Part shown: positions 40,247-51,624 of the stretch, piece by piece
Numbering within the stretch: the first letter of the stretch is position 1
Layout: every line of letters starts with the position of its first letter
DNA from: Diplonema japonicum
Taxonomy: Eukaryota; Protista; Euglenozoa: Diplonemea
Assembly (NCBI GenBank): GCA_964019335.1
Contig: OZ025653.1
Location: forward strand, 310,001 to 374,000
Direction: 5' to 3'
DNA: 64,000 nt
The notes under the pieces: generated by a model
What the model was told of the DNA's origin: nothing
The model's database searches: none
What the model saw: the letters and a program-made list of their open reading frames with translations, nothing else
Translations under genes and position numbers: made by a program

Positions 40247-41905
40247 CTAAGCGGATGACGCTTTTGTGTCTTCAAGGATCATATCGGCAGCCTTCTCGGC
40301 CATCATGACAACAGGGGAGCATGTGTTACCCGAAGGGATGGTGGGCATGACAGAGCAGTCCACGATGCGCACGTTCTGCACGTTGTGCATGTTGAGGCGC
40401 GCGTCGACAACGTTGAGGGGGTTGGTGGCAGGGCCCATGCGGCAGGTGCTCACAGGGTGGAAGATCGATGACGCCATCTGCGACACGCTCTCAACAAGTT
40501 CGCCGTCTTCGGTGATGGAAGCACCAGGCTTCACCTCCACAGGGTCGAGACACGCGAAAGCAGGATTAGCAACAATCTCCCTCACCAGCTTGATGCCATC
40601 GACGGCCACCTTCTTGTCCTCATGCGTGTCTAGATACTTCGGGTCGATCAAGGGAGGGGTTTTGATCGAGCTGCTGCTCAGTTCGACCGTCCCCCTGCTA
40701 GTTGGCCTCAGGTTGCACACTGACACCGTCAAGCCAGGGAAGTCGTCTAGTGAGCCGAGTTCTAACTTCTCGCAGCTGAGGGGCTGCACATGAAATTCAA
40801 GGTCGGGTGTTGCAACATCTGGGCTCGACTTGGCGATAGCACCAAACTGAGAGGGTGCCATTGACAGGGCGCCCTTGCGATGCAGAGCATAATCGATGCC
40901 CATCTTCAACATCGAGATGTAGCTGCGCGACTGCTGGTTAAGTGTATCGGTCCCGTCCTTCATTCTGAACACGGGGCGAATCTGCAAGTGGTCATGAAGA
41001 TTCTGCCCCACGCCGGGCACGTCGCGCAGCACCTCGACACCATGGCGCTGCAGCAGAGAAGAAGGACCGATACCGGAAACCTGTAAGAGATGAGGCGTCC
41101 CGATTGCGCCAGCAGTCAAAATAATCTCCTTCCCAGAAATTGTGTGCTGGTTGCCTGATTTGTCAGAGTAGACTACGCCTGTAGCGCGGCCGTCGTCGGT
41201 GATGAGCTTTTCAACGAAGGCGTGCTTGACGACGTTGAGATTCTTGCGGTGGAGGACAGGCTTTAGGAAGGCAGTGGAGGCAGAGCATCGCACGCCGTCT
41301 TTGTGGGTGACCTGAAAGTAGCCACAGCCCACTTCGTCGGAGTTGTTGAAGTGCTTGAGGTGCGGGATGCCGCTGGCGACGGCTGCATCTCTGAACACGT
41401 CAAGGACATCCCAGTGAATGCGGGGGTGGTCCACGCTCCACTCGCCGCCCACATTGTGCAACTCATCCTTCCCAAGGTAGTAGTCCATGTTGTCCCTGAA
41501 GTACGGCATGACATCGTCCCATGACCAGCCCTCATTTTCCTTGCCCCACAAGTCGTAGTCTGCCTTCTGCCCCCTCATGTACACAGTCCCATTGATACTT
41601 GAACACCCTCCAAGTACCTTCCCCCTGGGGTATGCTATCTTCTTCCCGCACAGCCCAGGTTGCACTGTTGTCTCAAACCTCCAATCGCATCTTTCATTCA
41701 TCATAGCGAATAGGTACCCTACAGGGATCTTAAGCCAGATCCAGTCATCCTCCCCACCCGCCTCGAGCATCGTCACGCTGCTGCCGTTTTTCGACAGCCT
41801 GTTCGCAAGTACGCAGCCCGCAGTCCCGCCACCTACAATCAAATAGTCGCATTCATGCCGTCTTCCCTTTGTAGATAGCACACAACTACGCACAGCACGC
41901 TTCAT
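40247..41905 (-). CDS. GMC oxidoreductase (choline dehydrogenase-like), probable mitochondrial presequence
   Basis: VGGGTAGCVLANRLS, RGKVLGGCSSING, AGAIGTPHLLQVSGIG, GVGQNLHDH, FHPVSTCRMG, GNT. N-terminus MKRAVRSCVLSTKGRR. Confidence 0.95.
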   Translation of the reverse strand: MKRAVRSCVLSTKGRRHECDYLIVGGGTAGCVLANRLSKNGSSVTMLEAGGEDDWIWLKIPVGYLFAMMNERCDWRFETTVQPGLCGKKIAYPRGKVLGGCSSINGTVYMRGQKADYDLWGKENEGWSWDDVMPYFRDNMDYYLGKDELHNVGGEWSVDHPRIHWDVLDVFRDAAVASGIPHLKHFNNSDEVGCGYFQVTHKDGVRCSASTAFLKPVLHRKNLNVVKHAFVEKLITDDGRATGVVYSDKSGNQHTISGKEIILTAGAIGTPHLLQVSGIGPSSLLQRHGVEVLRDVPGVGQNLHDHLQIRPVFRMKDGTDTLNQQSRSYISMLKMGIDYALHRKGALSMAPSQFGAIAKSSPDVATPDLEFHVQPLSCEKLELGSLDDFPGLTVSVCNLRPTSRGTVELSSSSIKTPPLIDPKYLDTHEDKKVAVDGIKLVREIVANPAFACLDPVEVKPGASITEDGELVESVSQMASSIFHPVSTCRMGPATNPLNVVDARLNMHNVQNVRIVDCSVMPTIPSGNTCSPVVMMAEKAADMILEDTKASSA

Positions 41906-42212
41906 TTACTTTTTGTATATTTTCGTGTTGCCTGTCATGAGCGTGAGTCGCATGAAGCAACATGAAGCCTTCCCGCCCCTACCTTGGCTCTAACTCGGCA
42001 TTGTTGGTCACTCTGTGGGCTTCCCACAGAAACGCTTCTCTATCACGTCTTTAGCCCGTGTCAGGCCACTGTATTATGCACTGACAGTTCCCTTTGGGGC
42101 CCGCCTCGATGGAACCAAAGGGCAATAAATAACAATAACAATAATAGCTAATAAGGGGAGAGAGGGGGCGGGGTGAAGCCACACTGTGTATGTTTTGCCT
42201 ACCACGCTTCTG

Positions 42213-43206
42213 TCAGGACTCTTGCGGGATGAGGTGTTCCGCGGCCGTCCTGAGGAAGTCAATGGTGTGCTTGCTGGGGTCCCGGATGCTATCGCCATGC
42301 GCGTTGCAATAGTTACCCCACGCCTCTTTGGTCTCGACAGACTGGCGCTGGTACATCTTGATCTTTTCGACAAGACGCGTGAATTCGTCGCCCGTTTCCG
42401 GTTTCTGCGTGGTGCAGTCCACCCGGTGGCACGTCGACCTCCACGAAAAGTTCACATTATTACAAGACGGACACTCCCAGTCACCGGGCTTCCGTACATT
42501 CTACATTTAATTTTTACCTTTTGTTTCTTTTCAATTTGACAAACCTTCTCTGTTTTAACAGTCACCACAGGAGTGTTCCGGTAAGCCGACATGCGCTCCT
42601 TCCGTTCAAGGAACTGGTTTATCGTGTCGATCGCTTCTTGAAGAAACTCAACCGGGTGTCTATAGTCGGTATATATAAAAAAAAAAAGAAGAAGAAATAC
42701 CTCGAAGGGTCTTTCAATCCTTTGGAACGCACACCGCAATAGGCAGTCCATTCCTCCTTCCATGCGGCTGAAGAACGTTGGTTAGCTTTCACAGTGTCGA
42801 TAAGTTCCTGATGGGACAGATAGAAGCCCTGGGGTGCTACATGGGGAGCCATATGGGGTGCGGGTACAGTGGAGTAGTGATGACCAGACCTGGGTTCATG
42901 ATGGGGGTAACCATAGTGAGGGTGGGGTTGTGCCGCAGGGGGAGGATGAGCCCCATAAACGCCAGGCACGGGGTACGAGTGTGCGGGTTGGGGTGGGTTG
43001 CACTCACCGCCGCACATCCCATTGCACCAAGGTTTATGGGTGAAACCAGTGGGCGCAATTTCGGGAACATATCCGGGAGGTGAAGGGCCATAAGGGTACC
43101 TGGGTGGGCAAACATACTCATAGTCACTTTGTTGCGCGTAAGGAAAATTATGATATTCCTTTCGTCGCTTTTTAGCTTGGTCGCCACTTTGCTCGTACAT
43201 CGCCAT
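42213..43206 (-). CDS. Pro/Tyr/His-rich protein with a RanBP2-type zinc finger between two W..YC..G..DPS.H repeats; introns 42660-42700 and 42501-42544
   Basis: Spliced frame gives KPGDWECPSCNNVNFSWRSTCHRVDC. Repeats WKEEWTAYC..KDPSRH and TKEAWGNYC..RDPSKH. 909 nt spliced. Confidence 0.85.
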
Positions 43207-43884
43207 TTTTCCTCCTTTTCTTTTTTTCCCCTCCCTTTTTTTTTCTTTCTCCCCCCCCCCCAAAAAAAAGCAGTTTTTGAAAAAAGAGAGGGGTAGGAAA
43301 GAATTAAAAAAAAAACACACTAGTCGAAGTTACAGTTTGAACTAGAAGATAAGAAGAGAGAACAGAAAAAAAAAGGGGGGGAGGCTTTTCACAAAACCCA
43401 TTCCCGACTGAGTTGGTATAAAAAAAGCAAAGAAGAGTAAACGGTGACGACACGATTGCCCCAAGAGAAAGAAAACGGGGGGGGGGGGGGGGGGGGTACT
43501 TATGACTAATAAATATACACCTTCAGTCTTTTTCTTGGAGATAAGAAAAATCAAGGACTGACTTTCAGAAAACCATTTGCGACCCTGGAGCCAATTATAT
43601 AATAATAATGGAGAGTGCGTGTAAAACAGGGAGAAGGGGGTGGGGTTCTTTTAAAAAAAAAAAAAAAAAAAAAAAGGCCAATCAAAATCAAAGGGGAAGA
43701 TAGCCGGGGAATGGGCGGAAATCCCAACCTTTATTTTTTTTCTTCCCCCCACGTATCACATGGTCACAATTCCTTCTAGTGCATCTCAATGACTCTGCGA
43801 TTTCTTTTTTTTTTTTTTTGTTACAAATATTTGTCTTTTTGTTCTTATTCTTTTGTCTTACAAAAAATGATTTTATAACTATAT

Positions 43885-44901
43885 GAGCTCGTCCGGAAAA
43901 AAAAATGTCAACAAATGACCCTCTTTTGCAACAGAAAATCCTCGGAAAATTTCTAAGTACAAAAGTAGTCCGACCCACTTTGTGTCCAGAATTGCGGTCT
44001 GAGTGTGTTCACCATATAGGTCACAATGCACGCCGTTTGTTTCATTTCTAAAACGCGCGTGCAAAAACATGCTTTTTAGAATGGTTTTTTTTTTAATTTT
44101 TGGCATTCGGAAATTGTAAATGACTCAGGCTCCATATTTCTTTTTGTTTTCTTCAATAGAATGCGAGAAGAAATGGACGCAGATGGGAAATCTGTGAAAC
44201 TTAAGGGGTCATTTTAGGTAGTTTGGGCTCTTTATCACTATTAAAATGGGATGGGGAAAATACTGCCATTTTGGCCTATTTTAGGCTACAATGCCCATTT
44301 TAGGCTAAAATCCCTTAAGGGCCACTTCTCAATTTTTAATTTGTCATGAGTAAGAAAAAAAGTGACAAACCTAGCAGGTAGAGAATGCATATTTGGCCCC
44401 AAAGATACCGATGTTGAGCAGGCAAGTGTTAAGAATTGGGTTTTCAGGAAAATGGGCCTTTAGGCCAATTCCCTTAGGAACCCCTCGAAAAAGCAAAAAA
44501 TAGGGCTAAAAAAACCGGTTTTTTGGGGGCTATGCAACGCCATATATTTTTCGCTAAGTACTTTTAACAGCAACCCGACCCTGGGTTGTACCCAGGGGTC
44601 ACAAAGGTGTGTGTTCACCACTTTTATGCACCCTAGGTGCTGCATTTCAAGCTTTTAAACTGCATTTTAAACATTTTTCGTCGTTTTTCTGACCTCTTTT
44701 TTTCGCTTCCCGGGGCAGCCGGTTGCAAAGCCTGCCACCCTCATGGCAAAACAAGCATCGCAATTGAAAGAACGGCAACAGGTACACCATATATGTCATC
44801 TTCCTATGGTTGCATGCTGCCCTTTTTTTGCTCAAATAATCAAAACAAGAAATTTTCGGAGGTGCCCAAAAAAGTGTTGACATTTTCGTCCGGACGAGCT
44901 C
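43885..44901. mobile_element. Sola-like non-autonomous DNA transposon (1017 bp)
   Basis: GAG..CTC termini and ~28-bp TIR GAGCTCGTCCGGA..AAAATGTCAACA. 4-bp TSD ATAT (43881-84, 44902-05) is confirmed by the empty site at 22868-22871. Confidence 0.85.
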
Positions 44902-45204
44902 ATATGCAACTTTGTGCCGAGCAAAAAACCTTTTAAAAACCTTTTTTGTTCGTGCGAACAACAAACTGCGAGGCAGAAGGTCAAGGCTTCGCGGGAAGCC
45001 GGCCGGCGAACAACAAAGACATATAGTCATAAAGAATTATTTTTTCGTTCCCTCCTTCAAAAGAAAAATTGAAGGAGCAGGGTTGATGGTGAGGTTTCTG
45101 TCCACTCCTTTCATCTTCCTACTAGTCTTGTTTCTTTTTTCCCTTTTTTTTTTCTTCTTTTTTTTTTTTCTAAACCCAAAACAAAGGAGGGGGAAAGAAA
45201 AACA

Positions 45205-45665
45205 AAGAACTCATAGTAAAAGACAATCCCACTCGAGGACAGCCTCTTGTGGTGTGAGTTCCTATCTATTAATGCTCCCCTTCTGGGGCATAGCCTTCGT
45301 TCCTATTGTCGCCTTTAAAGCTTTTCGTAGTTCGACACGCGTTCTTTCTTGTATGTCCCTTTCAACTTGTAGCTTTTGCGCTGTCTGTCTTGATGCGAAG
45401 ATCGGTCTCCTGTTAAAGCCTATTGCAGCCTTGCCTCCGATCGCTGTGAGCGACTTGACCCTCTTTGCCCCGTCCGCAGGGAAGGGGCGTCTTATCCGTC
45501 TCGTTCTGCACACTGCGTTGGCTCTCTCCACCAACAGCTTGATTCTGCGTGCCTTCCTCTGCATGTTGTAGACTCCCAGTGACTTACCGGTTGTCTCCTC
45601 AAAGTCGAGTGCAAGTTCAGCTGCCGAAACCTCCGAGTCGGTGTCGCCCTCCACCCATTCCGAAG
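45205..45665 (-). mobile_element. 5'-truncated LINE 3' end, same family as 3113-4090
   Basis: SEVSAAELALDFEETTGKSLG..RRPFPAD..KRVKSL..IGGKAAIGF..QKGSINR*. 3' UTR motif TTGTC.T.TACT.TGAGTT is shared with the 3113 copy. Confidence 0.85.
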
Positions 45666-45704
45666 AACAAAAAAATCTAAAAAAAAAAAAAAAAAAAAAA
45701 AAAC

Positions 45705-48193
45705 TCAAACAGTTCCAACTTCAGGCGTGGGCGACATTTCAGCTTCAACGGGGCCGTCAGGTGCACCAAGCGAAGGACGGGCGAAGGGCCCGACACCCTT
45801 GATGAACATGACAACAGCGACGAAGATCACGATGACGAACACAGTGCAGACCACAATGATGGCAATGACGTACCCCTTGATCCCATCAGAATCATCTGGG
45901 AAGTTGATGTCATAAAGAGAAGACTCAGGTGTGACCATCACAAAGATCCAATCGTAGCTGTTAGCAGCGACCGTGTCCCTGATACGAATAGCATCGATGA
46001 AGTACGTGTCTGTCGGTCTATCCCACAGCCTAGACACCACTGTGTCGAAGCTCAGCGTTGTCTTCATCAGCATCACTGTGTTTGCGCTCTGCGCAATTAT
46101 CTCATTCTCCACCTCTGTCGCCTTCAAGAGCTGCTTAACGTTGTTCACCTCCTTTGAGTACGGAACCTTGACGTTGGAGCCCAGCAAATCCCCCTCATAG
46201 TCCATAATGTACAGCACCTTCCCCGTCACCACCCCGAACGCTTCCAAAAAGGTCTCCAGGAAGGAGAGTGTGAAGTCCGCGCCCCACACGCCCATGTACC
46301 CTGTGGTCTTGAAGTCCCCTCCGAATGCCTTCCTGACTGCTGTGATTCCTAATTCGCCAGTTGCGAACACATACGGGCGGATCCAGTGGTACTGTAGAGG
46401 GTTTTTTTTTTTTTTTCTCTCTCTCGCATACCTGGTACAGCGGCAGTTTAATTGTTTCCGGTGTTGTGTACCAATTTCTGCCCCATGGGTTGTCGCTGGG
46501 CAGCGGTGTTCTCACCGCCGATGCCTCGTCTTCCCCGTTATAGAACGCCGTCCCTGTCGTCGTCGCCCCGCACGTGTCTCCAGCCGTGCACGACTTCCAC
46601 ATCTCCAGCACATTGTTCTCCCTTCTGAACCCCATAAGGGTTTTCGGGGTGCCTTCCATCCCCAGGTACACCCAGGACAGCTCAGGGAACACCTGTCGCG
46701 ATTATATCGTGGTTTGCGGTTCTGACACATACCGAAAGGGTGTTTCTCGTTTGCAAGCGCAGGTTGTTCTTCTCAGCAGCGTTGCTCCACGAGAGCGGGC
46801 CGCATGGGTCGCACCACGCCTCAGCAAGGTTCCCAAGGTTGTACGCGTTGTCCATAACATTGAGGGCGCCAGGGGCGGCGGACAGGTAGTTGTTAGTCTG
46901 CTCGCGGAACTGAAGAAGGGTGCGGTGGCGGAGGTCCTTTGCAGCCTCGAGGATCACTTCACGGCATGAGGTCTGTTTTTGTTTCCCCCCTTTTTTATTA
47001 CTCCCTTCACACAGTACCTTGGTAATGCAGTTCTCGGAAACGTCGCGCTGCGGGGTGAAAAAGTCACTCTCAGTGGAGACGACGACGACGGTCCATTTCA
47101 AATCGAAAATGCCAATAGCGTCGTAGTTGCGCAGCACACTGTCAACAGTGATAGTGCCCCTGATGGTGCTGTTCGTGACACCAGACCAATCACCGTTGAA
47201 CTGCATGAGGACAGGGTAGCGTCTGATAAGCTCATCTGCGACGCCTTTGATGACGGCGTTGCCTGCATTGTCGGTGGTGACGATGTTGTCGCCGGTCACA
47301 ATGTTGATGTTGAGGTTAGTAGCAAGGAGGTCCTTGTTCGAAGCCATGATGAAGATCGTGCTGTTCCCGCGGACGGGGATCTCACCGATAAACTGGCTCA
47401 AAAAATCAAGCTCGTAATCGGCGGCAACCACGCCGATAAAATTCCCAGTCGGCACTTCAACTTTACGCGACACAGTGACACCCACCCTCCCACCAGTGAA
47501 GAGGTATGGCTGCGTCCACACGGACTCCTTCGTGGTGGTAAGATTCTTACCATTTGTGTACCACCCACGTGTTTTTGTATTAAAGGTGGGGTCCGTATAG
47601 ATGTGATTGACAAGGTTTGAACCGGTGGCTTCTACCGTGGTCCATGCTTGGAGCTGTCCGCCAGTGGTGTACAGCCTCACAAGGGAATTAGCTTGTGCGC
47701 CTGCAAAACCTGCTTGGGGGACCACACCGGTGTCATAGCCGCAGTACGTGACGTCGACTTCGCACTTGTACACCCGACGAAAACCTATGAACTTCCCCGT
47801 CACCTCATCGCCATAGTATATCCAGTCCACTGCAGTATAGCTGAAAAGCTGCCTCCAAAAATGTTCTAGAAGAGCGTTTTCATATGAGGAGTTCGTCATA
47901 TCCGTTTCCATCATCCCGTCGTGGAAGGAGAGGGCCGTCACATTGATCACCTGAGGGGGTTTTACACAAGATCCCAAACCTCATACCGTTGGTGCGATGC
48001 CCAGGTTGTCTTCTGTCTCCTGCTGGAGCCTGTCCGTAATCCTTTCTCGGATGTCTTCGATTACCTGATAGATGCTTTCTTCTTTTTTGTGGTCGTTGCT
48101 TACCTGGTCAAGCTGACGTTTGCATGTAGCATCGTCTATGCAGTCACACCACACAATGCTTGCCAGAAGCAAACATGTTACAATACGCAACAT
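45705..48193 (-). CDS. Type I membrane protein with two tandem dCache-like extracellular domains (775 aa); introns 47951-47986, 46973-47017, 46693-46732, 46392-46431
   Basis: Four ORFs join by phase-0 GT-AG introns (2328 nt spliced). Signal peptide; RGWY..WTQPY..VVAAD and RNWY..WIRPY..VWGAD; single TM and short tail. Confidence 0.82.
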
Positions 48194-48240
48194 AGTGCAG
48201 GTGCCCTTTGTGGGTGGTTGTTGTGGAGCAAAGTGCGGTG

Positions 48241-48243
48241 ATA

Positions 48244-48330
<87 letters not shown>
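48241..48330. repeat. (TA)n microsatellite
   Basis: About 45 TA units with two interruptions. Confidence 0.98.
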
Positions 48331-48334
<4 letters not shown>

Positions 48335-48479
48335 GGAAGCAAGAGTGAATAAAAATATTTTAATAAAAAAGAGAAAACAAGGGGATAAAGAAACGTTTTC
48401 CATCCCAAAAACAAAAAAAACACACTAAACTTCTCCAACAACAAACAAAAAACAAAAAACAAAACAAAAAACACGCCTC

Positions 48480-49236
48480 TCACATCTTGTTCTTGACAAG
48501 CTGGCAGATTCTGTAAAAAAAGATTTCTTTTTCCCCTAAAAGAAGACAACTCATACTTGTCTACAGCCTGGTCAAACGACATCTCAGATGTATCGACCAA
48601 ACACGCATCGTCCGCCTGTTTAAGGGGCGCGACCTCTCTGGTCATATCAGCATGGTCACGGTCCTTGAGGTCTTGGAGGACCTGTGGGTGTTCTAATCAC
48701 GTGTAACAAGTGCATACCTTCTCTAGTTCAGGAGTTTCACCCTTGCCTACGAGCTCGTCATATCTGCGCTTTGCCCTAATGGTCTCGCTGGCGGTGAGGA
48801 AGATCTTGACGTCTGCGTTGGGGAAGACTACAGTGCCGATGTCCCTCCCTTCAAGGACAACGCCACCTGCTTCGCCAAGCCTCCTTTGAAGTCCCATCAA
48901 CCCATCTCTCACTACCATGTTCTTCGATGTTTTCGATGCTTGCATCGAGACAGCCTCCGTTCTGATCTCCGTTGTGACTTCCTTATCATTGCAGTACACA
49001 TGGTTCACGCCATCAGGAGTCATGTCAAACCTGATCTGTACCTTCTCCACGATCCCCTTCAGCCCCGCATCATCATCGTGCGCCACCTTCTCATTCAAAG
49101 AGGTCAGTGCAATGCACCTGTAGCATGCCCCTGTGTCCACAAACCCAAATCCCAACTTTCTCGACACCTCCTTCGACACTGAGCTCTTCCCTGCCCCCAC
49201 AGGGCCGTCGATCGCTACAATCGGCCTCTTCGACAT
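48480..49236 (-). CDS. cmk: Bacterial-type cytidylate kinase; introns 48682-48717 and 48511-48556
   Basis: IDGPVGAGKSS, DTGACYR, GVVLEGRDIGTVVFPNADVKIFLTAS, RAKRR. Spliced tail RDHADMTREVAPLKQADDA..DTS (224 aa). Confidence 0.93.
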
Positions 49237-49340
49237 GTCAGTATTCTTTTTTTCCCTGTCACGGTGGTGTTAATTCGGGTTGTTAACTGAATAATGATAG
49301 AAGAAAGCTCACCGAAGTGTAAAAGATGCGTTTGGAATGT

Positions 49341-51554
49341 TCATCCCCACTCGGGGGGTGCGTATAAGTAAAAGGGTTCCTCGTCACAGGTCCCGTACAC
49401 CTCGTACACGGGCATGTCCCGCTCCAGTGCTGTGTTGTCTCCAACACCCCCACCCCCACCGTACTCGCATCCGTAGTACTCGTCCAGTTCTTTCGCCACA
49501 ACATCCCCGTACACATTCCCATAATAGTCGTCCCCACTGCCAATGCTCCCGTAAACCTTCCCGTAATCAGGATAGGCATCAGACAGGCTCTCGCGCAGCA
49601 GTGCCCTCTCCAAACGATCCTTGGTTGGCAGACTCGGGTCGTCAGCAGCAGAGGTAAGCACCCGTTCCTTGTGTTGTTCCTCGAACTTTCCAACCTTTTC
49701 CAGCAATTCACTCATCGAGGGACGCGACTCCTCAGCCTCGAAGCAGGGCAGTACAAGACCCTGCCACACTTCCTCGGGACACGCATCGGGCTTTGCAAGC
49801 CTTCCCCCATCCAGAACATGGTCCTTCACACCCTCCATGTTGTGCCCGAGTTCCCCAAATGGTTCTTTCCCCCCGGACCAGATCTCCCACATGAGCACTC
49901 CAAAGGCCCAGACATCGTTTGCAGTGTTTGCCAGTCGGCGATGTGACAGTGTGCCGAGTAACTCTGGGGACGCCCACGCGACGGCCACAGTGCTGCACAG
50001 ATCCTTCGCCCGGCACGCATGTGAGAAGTTCCCCAGCTTCAGACACCCATCAGGAGCGAGGAGCACACTCCTTGCGGCAACATCACAGTGACACTTCTTG
50101 TTCACATGTAGATACAAAAGAGCTCTGCCTGCTTGCGACACAAAGTCAAGAGACCTCAAAAGAGGAGACGGACCTTCCCTTTGTAACATCTTGCGGAGGG
50201 ACCCCGTGCACAGCTCTGTTACCAAGCACAAGCTGCCTGTTTCCTCGTCTGACATGTACCCGAAGACTGTTAGTATAAACGTGCATCTGCATGAGTGCAG
50301 CTCTGCTATCTCTTGATGCAACCTCATGCGGGAGTAGTTATTGTTCGTTGCCACATCTTTATACATTAACCTTTTGACAGCTACATCTTCCCTGATGGCG
50401 CTGTACCGTGCCTTGTACACGGTACCATAATAGTCCGTCCCGATCTCCACCCATGGGGCGCTGCTGAAGAGTGTCTCCGATAGCTGCAAACCAGGGGGCA
50501 GTAAAACTCTTTCTCGAGGCCGAAGAAAAGCAGCAGTGAGATAGAGATGCTCTGTCTTCTCCTCGGCTTCATAAAAGCAACGCTTGGCGCTTTCGAGTGC
50601 AAGGCGACTGCCCGAGAGGCCTGACAGCGTGACATCGCAAGGGTCGCAACCCAGTGATATGAAGAACTTAATCACGTCTAGCCTTCCGCTGCTGGTGATG
50701 GCATTGAAGAAAAGGGTATTCTTAGGTGCCCCGTTAGCAAATCTGACGAGCGAAAGGTCGGAGAGGACCCAAGACTTTAAAATATGGAAAACTGCATCGT
50801 GCGAGGCCGTCTTGTCGAGGGCTAAAAGCAAGGTGCAGGCAGACATCCCGCTGACGTGGTCCATGTGGACCTTTGCACCGCACGAGAGGAGCACATCATT
50901 GAGCGCTGTGTTGTATCTGTTTGCTGCTAACCACAAGCAGCCACGTGACACAGAATCACGATTCGGGTCAGCACCGTTTGCGATGAGCTTTCTGACAAGT
51001 GGGAACAGATATTCTTGTTTGTCCGGATTCAAGGCCCCATCTGACATAACTAGTATCTCTAGTGGCGTTTGCACGTTCATCTTGCTAACAGCGTTCACGT
51101 CGACGCCACATTCCAACAGATAGTCCACGATGGCTAGGACGCCTTTGCATGCTGTTTCCGAGTTACTGCTACTAAGCTGTGAAATGCAATGAGTCAAAAC
51201 AGTGCTCGCAGTCGTTCCGCAAATTTGATCCACGCCCCATGTAGCCGGCACTGCTTTCTTAACAGCCTTGACGTCACCAGCGTAGATTGAGCCGACTAGT
51301 TCTGCAGGCATCTGTTCCCCTTTTTGCCACGTTTGCTGGTCGTGTGACACATCGAAATGACCCAACGGCCCGTTGATATGTTCACGAAAATAGCCTCTTA
51401 AGAAGTTCGTTTGTCTTTTGTGTAACTCGACTTCTTTCTCCTCGTTGACAACGGCTCTTTCTGCTTCCAAAATCTCGAAGGCCTCCTCCCGCAGCCTACG
51501 CGCCTCCGGTGACGTGTCATCAGTATCGCCACTGTCGCTGCCACTGGTTGACAT
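49341..51554 (-). CDS. Ankyrin-repeat plus TKL/tyrosine-kinase-like (pseudo)kinase with Tyr-rich tail, copy A
   Basis: Ankyrin-like LLECGVDVN, TPLE and LIANGADPN. VAVK, HCDVAARS, NFS in place of DFG, WASPE, DVWAFGVLMWE. Confidence 0.88.
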   Translation of the reverse strand: MSTSGSDSGDTDDTSPEARRLREEAFEILEAERAVVNEEKEVELHKRQTNFLRGYFREHINGPLGHFDVSHDQQTWQKGEQMPAELVGSIYAGDVKAVKKAVPATWGVDQICGTTASTVLTHCISQLSSSNSETACKGVLAIVDYLLECGVDVNAVSKMNVQTPLEILVMSDGALNPDKQEYLFPLVRKLIANGADPNRDSVSRGCLWLAANRYNTALNDVLLSCGAKVHMDHVSGMSACTLLLALDKTASHDAVFHILKSWVLSDLSLVRFANGAPKNTLFFNAITSSGRLDVIKFFISLGCDPCDVTLSGLSGSRLALESAKRCFYEAEEKTEHLYLTAAFLRPRERVLLPPGLQLSETLFSSAPWVEIGTDYYGTVYKARYSAIREDVAVKRLMYKDVATNNNYSRMRLHQEIAELHSCRCTFILTVFGYMSDEETGSLCLVTELCTGSLRKMLQREGPSPLLRSLDFVSQAGRALLYLHVNKKCHCDVAARSVLLAPDGCLKLGNFSHACRAKDLCSTVAVAWASPELLGTLSHRRLANTANDVWAFGVLMWEIWSGGKEPFGELGHNMEGVKDHVLDGGRLAKPDACPEEVWQGLVLPCFEAEESRPSMSELLEKVGKFEEQHKERVLTSAADDPSLPTKDRLERALLRESLSDAYPDYGKVYGSIGSGDDYYGNVYGDVVAKELDEYYGCEYGGGGGVGDNTALERDMPVYEVYGTCDEEPFYLYAPPEWG

Positions 51555-51624
51555 TTTGTTTTCCTAGCTGAACGGTTCGGCAGAGAAACGCGCTTCTTAC
51601 TTGCAATATAAAAGCATGGTTTGT

